Part shown: one piece after another, positions 19,130-27,800 of the stretch
Layout: each line of letters begins with the position of its first letter
How positions within the stretch are numbered: the first letter of the stretch is position 1
DNA from: a virus
Taxonomy: Duplodnaviria > Caudoviricetes
Reading direction: 5' to 3' (one strand)
Length of the DNA stretch: 54,682 bases
IMG/VR virus record: IMGVR_UViG_3300029787_000061
Coordinates: 1 to 54,682 of that record
Translations under genes and position numbers: made by a program
The notes under the pieces: generated by a model
What the model saw: the letters and a program-made list of their open reading frames with translations, nothing else
What the model was told of the DNA's origin: nothing
Databases searched by the model: none

Positions 19130-19143
19130 AATTGTTTTTTTAT

Positions 19144-19172
19144 ATTATATCATATGTATTATTATCATGCAA
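19144..19172 (-). promoter_or_regulatory. sigma70-type promoter upstream of the oxygenase cassette
   Basis: TTGCAT (19172-19167), 17 bp, TATAAT (19149-19144) with extended TG. Confidence 0.65.
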
Positions 19173-19174
19173 CA

Positions 19175-20503
19175 TCAAGTTCCAATGTATTCAAATATGT
19201 AAACGAAACCAGCGTTTCCAGACTGACCTGCTTGAGCATTAGGTGTCGTATTACCATTAGCTCCTCTACCATATTGAGCATCACCGTGTCCTCCTGGACC
19301 ACCCCTTCCAGCTTCTCCACTTCCGTGTTGACCGCTAGTACCATGTACTGGTTCTCCTGTATGACCAGGAAAATTAAGACCTCCTAATGCACCTCCACCA
19401 CTACCAGTTCCTGTGCCATTCGCACCACCACCACCGCTACCTAATATTTGACCTTGTCCACTATAACTTCCTGATGGTTGAAAACTCGAATTTCCTCCAG
19501 TGCTTCCTGATCTAGGTTGCTGATTTGATGGGTTTGCACCAGCACCACCACCTCCTACCACAACATTTCCAGTAAAAGATCCTGTTATACTGTAAGAACC
19601 AATACAATATCCTCCTCCTCCACCACCACCAAAAGGTCTATGGTCATTACTTTCTTCTCCACCTAATTCTTCACCACTACCACCACCACCTCCAGCACCG
19701 ATTACATGAACGGTTATATGTTTTGTATTTGATGATGGTGAATATTGTGCATTTGAAGTGTAGGATCTTATATTTTGAGCTAAATTAACTAAACCTGTAG
19801 AACCTGGTGGACCTGGTGGACCTGCAACAGTCGAAGCAGGACCTGGTGGACCTGGAGGACCTGCAACAGTCGAAGCAGGACCTGGTGGACCTGCAACAGT
19901 CGAAGCAGGACCATCAGGACCTGGTGGACCTGGAGTACTATTGATCGCTGTTGCCCTTGTATTAAATACTTTTATGAGGTAGCATAATGCATAATATGGT
20001 GGTAAGTTTGCATTGGTTCCTGTTTGTGAATTATCTGAAGCACCATCTGCATCTATACCAGTAGTGCCAGTATTAATATCTCTTTGAGCACAGTCATTAT
20101 TATTTGCTGGCCATGGTCTATATCCATTATTAATTACAACATACTGGTCAATATAAGTGTGATCATGGGCAACAAGAACAGCATTAGCACTACCACCAGT
20201 AGCAGTAGGAGAAACACCTGGATATGTTGTATCTCCAGTGCTGGCAGAAGCACCAAGAATAAATTTATCTACTAGGTTTGGAACATTAAATGTACTCGAA
20301 CCATCACCAGTTCCATTAATAGTTCCAATTGCAGCAAACAATGCACTATATGTTGTTCTACTTATTGCAGATCCATCACATAAAAGATATCCTGAAGGAA
20401 TAGAAGAACTAGATCCTGCCCACATAGTAATAGTTCCTACTGGTTCTCCACCTCCTCCAGAAACTGGTAACCATTGACCGTTAGTTCTTACTTTAATAGC
20501 CAT
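19175..20503 (-). CDS. Tail-collar fibre protein with Gly-Pro-Pro collagen linker and glycine-rich C-terminal domain
   Basis: Collar domain PVGTITMWAG..GYLLCDGSAISRTTYSALFAAIGT..FNVPNL; NLPPYYALCYLIK; GPPGPASTVA repeats; GAGGGGG domain. Confidence 0.9.
   Translation of the reverse strand: MAIKVRTNGQWLPVSGGGGEPVGTITMWAGSSSSIPSGYLLCDGSAISRTTYSALFAAIGTINGTGDGSSTFNVPNLVDKFILGASASTGDTTYPGVSPTATGGSANAVLVAHDHTYIDQYVVINNGYRPWPANNNDCAQRDINTGTTGIDADGASDNSQTGTNANLPPYYALCYLIKVFNTRATAINSTPGPPGPDGPASTVAGPPGPASTVAGPPGPPGPASTVAGPPGPPGSTGLVNLAQNIRSYTSNAQYSPSSNTKHITVHVIGAGGGGGSGEELGGEESNDHRPFGGGGGGGYCIGSYSITGSFTGNVVVGGGGAGANPSNQQPRSGSTGGNSSFQPSGSYSGQGQILGSGGGGANGTGTGSGGGALGGLNFPGHTGEPVHGTSGQHGSGEAGRGGPGGHGDAQYGRGANGNTTPNAQAGQSGNAGFVYIFEYIGT
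19818..19912. repeat. Three exact 26-bp direct repeats (GPASTVAG)
   Basis: GGACCTGCAACAGTCGAAGCAGGACC at 19818, 19857 and 19887. Confidence 0.95.
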
Positions 20504-20512
20504 AATTTCTCT

Positions 20513-20773
20513 CTAACTATAAGGTGAAGTTCCAAGAATACTTGTATCCCATTGTGCTTTTAATTCTGTCGTATTTACAGCACTTGTAATTCCAACAGCA
20601 GCAGGTGCATCTCTAAGTGCTTGCTTATTTGCCACAATTGTGGTTATACCTGCACTTGTTTCTAGTGCTTTTTGAAATTCAATATCAAGTTCTACAAGTT
20701 TTGGAGTTCTTGCAGTTCTTATATTATTTTTGTGAATTTCTTTGGCTTTCGCCATATCGATTCCGAATCCCAT
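20513..20773 (-). CDS. Tail-fibre assembly chaperone-like protein
   Basis: IDMAKAKEIHKNNIRTARTPKL..LD..KQALRDAP..ELKAQW. ATG at 20773. Confidence 0.7.
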   Translation of the reverse strand: MGFGIDMAKAKEIHKNNIRTARTPKLVELDIEFQKALETSAGITTIVANKQALRDAPAAVGITSAVNTTELKAQWDTSILGTSPYS

Positions 20774-20778
20774 AATTT

Positions 20779-20982
20779 TTAAGGTGTATAAGTCCAAGCG
20801 TTCCTAAAACTTCGATCAGTAGGAACCTCTAATTTATTAACTATATATGATGCTTTTCCTGGTGGAACATCTTTTGCTTGTATTTCTTCAATAGTTAAAC
20901 CACAATTATCTGAAGGAATAATTACAGCAACCACACCATCATCTTGGATGTAAATTATTCTTTTATCAGATAAGTTTGCCAT
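20779..20982 (-). CDS. Small tail-associated protein
   Basis: RIIY..DDGVVAVIIP..KDVP..DRSFRNAWTY. CTAAATA late promoter at 20994-21000. Confidence 0.7.
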   Translation of the reverse strand: MANLSDKRIIYIQDDGVVAVIIPSDNCGLTIEEIQAKDVPPGKASYIVNKLEVPTDRSFRNAWTYTP

Positions 20983-21016
20983 TTTTTTATTTTTATTTAG
21001 TAAGTGTTGACATTAG

Positions 21017-21436
21017 TTAATCCCCAAAAACAATAGCATTGAAAATTACAGGATCAAGAGCAGTCTGAGCAGCAACATTACTATTACATATTCTAAATGA
21101 ACTTGTACTATATCCTCCAGATATACTTCTAATCATTGTCCTAACTGCTGTTGAAAGTTGGTCAGATTCTATTGCTTTCATACTTAGTGCAACTGCATAA
21201 TTTGCATTAGACATTGCACTAGAAAAAGTAACTGTATAATCACCTGTTCCGTTATCAGTAACCGATGAAACATTAAATGCACTACGAATACCTCCATTTG
21301 CAGTGGTAAAAGGAGATGTGCCAAATGTACCATCAAAATTTACCCAAGCTTTTGCCCTGCCCTGTCCAATTTGTTCTGCTGTTGATGAATTACCACCACT
21401 TGTATCTTGAATAGTTTGTACTTTAAGTGTTGACAT
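21017..21436 (-). CDS. Tail-fibre tip/accessory protein, AKAWVNF paralog 1
   Basis: MSTLKV..AKAWVNFDG..IRSAFNVSSVTDNGTGDYTVTF. Confidence 0.75.
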   Translation of the reverse strand: MSTLKVQTIQDTSGGNSSTAEQIGQGRAKAWVNFDGTFGTSPFTTANGGIRSAFNVSSVTDNGTGDYTVTFSSAMSNANYAVALSMKAIESDQLSTAVRTMIRSISGGYSTSSFRICNSNVAAQTALDPVIFNAIVFGD

Positions 21437-21438
21437 AA

Positions 21439-21870
21439 TTAACTCCCAAACATTGATAAATGTACATTTTTTTTATCCATAAACTCATTGCTACTTGTTC
21501 CTCGATGAACTTCAACTGTAACACTACCTGCAAGTATAAGCTCTTCGGATGCTCCACCCTCATGACCATCCATCAACATGAGTACTCCATGATCACCATT
21601 TGTTCCTTTCTGTCCTATTGTACCACTAACAGAATATGAATCATTAGTTGAAAAAGAGTTTGTAAAATTAACTCTATATCTTCCAACTGCTAAATCTGTT
21701 ACAGAATCAACATTAAAGCTAGATCTTATCGTTTTGGTTGTTCCTGAAGAAGTTCCATCAAAATTTACCCAAGCTTTTGCAAGTTGTCCTTTTTCCGTAC
21801 CAGAACTATTTTTAAATAGTGGTGGTGCAGCAGTATTACTTTGAATTGTGCCTGTAACTAATGTACTCAT
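21439..21870 (-). CDS. Tail-fibre tip/accessory protein, AKAWVNF paralog 2
   Basis: MSTLVT..AKAWVNFDG..IRSSFNVDSVTDLAVGRYRVNF. GGAGG Shine-Dalgarno upstream. Confidence 0.75.
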   Translation of the reverse strand: MSTLVTGTIQSNTAAPPLFKNSSGTEKGQLAKAWVNFDGTSSGTTKTIRSSFNVDSVTDLAVGRYRVNFTNSFSTNDSYSVSGTIGQKGTNGDHGVLMLMDGHEGGASEELILAGSVTVEVHRGTSSNEFMDKKNVHLSMFGS

Positions 21871-21894
21871 AATAACCTCCGTATATTATATATG

Positions 21895-24800
21895 CTATAA
21901 AATTGTGAATGTAGATCCACTATTGATTGTGAAAGTCACACCATTTGCAATTTCATAAGGACCAAAAGCTCCACCATTCTTTGCACCACTGGCAGGAAAT
22001 GTGGTTGTTACTGTTAGTGATGTCGGGTTTTGGAAGAATTTAGTTGCTTCTATAATATCACCCGTAGCAACTGATGGACTTTCTGTACCTGTTGTATCAT
22101 ACCATATATCTCCATCACAATAATTTCCACCTGTAGGTGTAGACGTGCCGATATATCTATTACCATAAGCATTACTTGTTGATCCAATTCCAATAACATT
22201 ACCAGACGCAACACTTATAGGAGGAGGACAAGTTCTTTCAGTGGTTCCAACTTTAAATTGTTTAATACTAACAGCAACACCACTTGCAGTATCTGCATTT
22301 ATCCAAGTTGGAGGAGCATCTCCATTACTTTTAAGTATCTGTCCCGATGAACCATAATTAGTTGAACCGTTGAATGCAACTGCTCCCGTTGATGTGATGC
22401 GAAGTCTTTCTTCTAATCCACTAGCATCAGATTTTTCATTTGAAATAACTAATGAAGAAGCACCATTATTTGTTGATTCTCTTATTGTATGAATTCGTGT
22501 TCCGTATCTATTATCATTGCCTGTATCAGAACTAGCTTTCAAAAAGATTCCACTTCCACCACCAGTTGTAATTGATTTTCCACCAATTGTTAAAGCAGTT
22601 ACAGGAGTACTAGTTCCAGTATGATGTATTCTAAGAATATCGTTACCAGGATCATTAGTTCCGATACCAACCTTTTCATCTACAAGTACACGACCTTCAA
22701 CTTTAACAACTGTAAGAGTTTCACTTCCTCCGATTATAAACCCATCATTAGTGCCTGGTGAAATTGATCCATCAGAGTGCTTATAAACAATATGACCAAT
22801 TTGAGATACACTAGTCTGATCACTGAAGAGTAATTTTGCTCCTTTCAAACTACCACTCAAACCTGAATCAGCACCAGTATTGGTGTCTGTTCGGATTAAC
22901 ATTCCCTTATCACTTTTAACCTCAAAGTGAACATCTTTTGGATCAGTGTCTCTTACTGAAAGTGTGCCACCAGCACTCACTCGAACTGCTGTATGACTTG
23001 TAGGATGTCCAGTAGCACCACCAACTAAAACTCTAAAATCACCAGCATTACCTGGTCTCATTGATATCTGATCGATTAATGCGGTGCCAGTTTGACCAAT
23101 CTCAATTACTTCACTACCTGTCTTTCCAATTAATTTTCTCTTACTATTTGTACTATCATTAGTGTAAATGTAATCATCCTTCTCAATCATCATCGCAACG
23201 TTAGTTGGATCATTCTCAGTACCAGAATCAACTGTTCCACCTGTGGCTATGAATGCAGATGCGGTTATAATACCAGTTGTGCTTACATTAGTTACATCTT
23301 CATATGTTAATGTTCCATCGACAGTCAGGTTACCTTGAATAGTAGTTGTTTTCTTTAACGTAATATCACTTGCATTAAAATTAGCAATTTCTTGATTATT
23401 TGCCCATATTTCAAACTGTCCATCACCATCTTGTGCAATACCAGTATCATTATCACCAATAACTAAGAAATGATCAACTGTGTTGTATAATGTTCCTGAT
23501 GTTTTTGGAGTAGCATTTACTCCAATATTACCATTAACATCAATCTCAAATCTAGGACTACCATTGGTAAAGACTTTAAATGTAGTGGCCGAACCAACAG
23601 CACTTACTTGAAATTCTTTATCGGCAACACTTATTTGTCCATAATGAGTTCCGTTATATTTTAAGTTTAGATTTGTATTATTCGCACTACCTCTATCAAA
23701 CTCTGCTACTGGATTAGCATCTCCAGTTGCTTTTAATACACCTGTAGTGAATGTTCCTGACCCAAGTGATGTATTACCACTAGAATTAGTAATCATTACT
23801 TTATCGTTACCACCTGAGGCACTTGTATCTCTACCGTCTAATAAATCTGCGCTTAAATTAGTTACTGTTGTTGTAGAAGTAACCGTAAGTGGTGCAGTTC
23901 CTGTTGTTATTGTAGATTTCAATATTGATGCACCCAATTCAGCTGTGCTAGCGTTGAAAGTTAAACTTGTATTGCTATGTGGAGTTAGATTACCTGTGCC
24001 TGATGCTTGAACAAATACAGGGAAGCAAGTAGCATCACTACTCTGATCTGTCATGGCTAATTGACTAGATGCTCCCGTTAATGTTGCAGTTATATTATCA
24101 GCGTTTAACTTTCGAACATATATTTGTCTTAGATAATTACTCGAACCTCCAAGATCTACACCATTTGAATCACTATCGTTTGCAGCAGATCCAGATGGTA
24201 GAAGATGAACTCCTGATCCAATGGTCAAAGTTGATGCTGCATTAGTTGATGATTTACCTTGTAGAAGTGGTGTTTCAAAAGCTCCTGCAGGAGCAACAAG
24301 AGCACTAACTGAGTATGCTCCTGTGATTGAAGCATTCTCACCATCTCCTTTAACTGTTATAAAAGTCGAAATAGTCGCAGTAGGAGCATCTGCATCATCT
24401 GATTGTATTACTTCAATCGCATCATTGACCTCTGCATCTGCGTCATCACTTGTTCCTCTGAATATCGCAGCATATGCATGTCTTGTTGCAGTACCACTAA
24501 ACATCCCTGCCAATTTAAACAGACCAACTTTTTGTACTGCAGTACGAAGGGTATTATCAATATCATCAGTAAATGCATCATAACTACATAGAACTCCAAT
24601 TTTGGTTCTGTCCATATTACCTATGGCAGTTGCTAGGTTAGCAACAACGGTGGCACCACCAGCGTGTGTATCATAGGTTGTTCCAGAGTCCAGTGTTAAA
24701 GAATTATCGGCATCAAAAATTAATAAGTGAAGTCCTCTATTAGTATTATTACCACCAGATATTTGATCTACACCATTTATGGTGCATTGTCTATTTGCAC

Positions 24801-27800
24801 TATTATTGAGTCCAGTTCCACGAACATAGATTTGTGAAGTGAGAAGAGTGCTATCATGAGCTCCATATCGAACATCTGTTTTAAGATTTAATGATGAAGA
24901 TTGAAGTCTGAGTGTTTCTGTTCCACTAACAGTAAATGCAAGAGTATTAACAGCAGGACTGTGTAAGTAAGTAGTATTTTCACCTATGAAGTGCATTCTG
25001 ACATCTCTATCAGTTGCAGTTCGATTAACGTCAAATGTTATTCCTAATCTATTACCATCACTTTCATATAATCTTATGGATGAATCAGCGTATAAGTCTA
25101 AGTGTCCATCTGCTCCTGTAATTTTTTCAACTGAATTTGCAGTCTCATCCAAAAATAATGTAGGAGTGTTTACCTGACCAGCAACAACTAACTTATCCGA
25201 TCCTTTAATATATGTTAACCCTGCATCTGCACCTACATTGGTTCCACCATCATTAAATAAAACTTGAGTATCACTACCTGGTGATCCGAGTGTACCAGTA
25301 ATATTGGTTGCATTAATCGTATTAAAATAACCAACATCCCATCGAGCATCAGAAGCACCAATATCCTGTCCAGTCCCACCTCTTAGTAAGTCACCTGTTG
25401 ATGTGATGCGAAGTTTTTCTGCTGCTGATTGACCACTTGCTTGAGTGAAGAAGGTCATGTATTTGGCGTTAGTACTCCCAACTTTATCTTGTGCTCTTAA
25501 ACTTACTTCACCATCTGTGGCATCTGTATGAACTGCAAATTCAGTACCTGAAACATCAACTATGAAATTATCTTGGTCATCTTGACCTTGTACAGATGTA
25601 ATACCTACTGAATTGATATGAAGTCTCAAATCGTCACTACCAGTAAATAATTTTATACCTTTTCCTGATTCTCTATTGTTAATGAAGAAATCATCATCCC
25701 CATTAAGTCCTGCTATAACACCATCACCAGATGCAGCATTCGTACCATTATCAGTAAATTGAATTCTTGTATTTGTTGAATCATGTAAATGTAGAATTGT
25801 CTGTGGATTAACAGTTCCGATACCAACTTTACCATCTGATGTGATGCGAAGTTTTTCAGACATTGGACTAGCACCGTGCTCCTGTGTCTTAAATATTAAA
25901 CCTCCACCAAAATTACCAGTACCACTTTGCTTATAACCGAGTATTGCACCTGTTCTTACTATAGCAGGATCACCACTAAAATATCTTTGTGCAAAAACAA
26001 TACCATTTCCTTCATCACCTGCATTTTCCCCTCTATTTGCTCGTACTGCTATGGCAAAATCCTGACCATAATATTCAGTGTCACTATTAGTTTCATTCCC
26101 AACTGCAATTTCTAATTTTGCATATGCAGGATTAGTTCCGATACCAACTTTACCTGCTGATGTGATGCGAAGTCTTTCTGATGGTGATGATGAACCATCT
26201 TCACTTGTTTTAAATAGGATGGCAGTTGGCATATCAGTTGATGAATTAACTGAACCATCAACCCTAGCCTCAATTGTGGCACCTTGATTATAAGAATTAC
26301 CATTATTATTATATCCCCTAAAATCAATTCTTCCTAAACTATCATCATCTACTACTATAGTATTGCTTCCAATTGAAGCATTCTTACTTCTATAGAATGT
26401 TAATCTTCCACCATTATCAGCAGTGGATGAATATGCATTGATATCTATCGCATCAGAACCAGATGTAGATACTTGTAAATTTCCAGAATGTAAAGTATTA
26501 GCATGTGCGATGACAGCTTTTCCACCAAGAATTAAATCACCTGTATTTGAGTTAAATTTAAGATTTGTATTTGTATGTGGTAATTGAGCATTGGTAGCAG
26601 CTTGAGCAAAAACAAGAAAACACTCAGTATCAGTAGTATGATCTGTTAATGTTAAATTAGCAGTAGTTACTGCATTTGTAATTGTACCAGTAATTTGTCC
26701 ATCTATTGTAGCCGCCTTTAAAGTTCCAACAGCTAGTGTTGTAGTGTTATTTGTGAGTGCGTTTGCTCCAGTTGGATTATCAGTTCCGATTCCGACATCT
26801 CCATCACCTATAAGATACATTACATCTGTCTGTAATGTATTATTACCACCAACGGATCCTTTATGTACACTAAATTTAAGATAATTAGAACTATCAGTTG
26901 CGTGATGGTAACTATAAATTGAATGATATCTTATATCAGATTGCGGATGATCTAGTCTACCAAATCTTATATCCTCTCCTTCTGTATTATATGCTTCTGT
27001 TCCTAATCTTAAAGTAGGATATTCACTACCATCACCCCAAACATCAAGGGCTCCTTGTGGAATTACAGTTCCGATACCAACTTTACCATCTGATGTGATG
27101 CGAAGTCTTTCATTATCTCCATTGGTGTAGAATCGCATATAATCACCATTATTATGGTATTGAATTCTACCTTGTGTGGAACTAGCACTATCACCAAATA
27201 CTATATTTGTATTACCTGTGGTAGTATTTGATTCAAGTGCTAATGTAGGATTATCTTTTTGAAGATGAAGACTATGACCTGGAGTGTTAGTTCCAAAACC
27301 AACAGCACCAGTATGGTCAATGACCATATGTGCTGTGAAGGTATTTACATCAGAAACGTTTGTGCTTCCAACTCCAACAACAAATCCGTTATTATCATTA
27401 TTATTCGAATCATATATTAAATTTAAACCAGAGATTGATGCAAGAGTTGTAAAATTACCACCACTACCAAAAGGAGGTACATTCTGGTCATTCAAATGTA
27501 AGAACGAACCTGCATATGGGTCATTCGATCTACCAACATATTGAACATTTTGCACCGCCATCGTAGCAGCACCTGATCCTGATATTCTTGATATTCCTGT
27601 AATCGCAGTTGAATTGTCACCAACAATGTTACCATTTGCGTTTATGTTGGTAGTGAATGTTGCTGTTTCTGAAACATTTAAGATATCTAAATCTGTTGTA
27701 CCATCTACATCTAGATTACCACCTATGTCAACGTTTCCATCTGTATTCAGAGAACCAGTAACAGGTCCAAAAATTTGTCTTGCTGTTAGAATACCGACCG

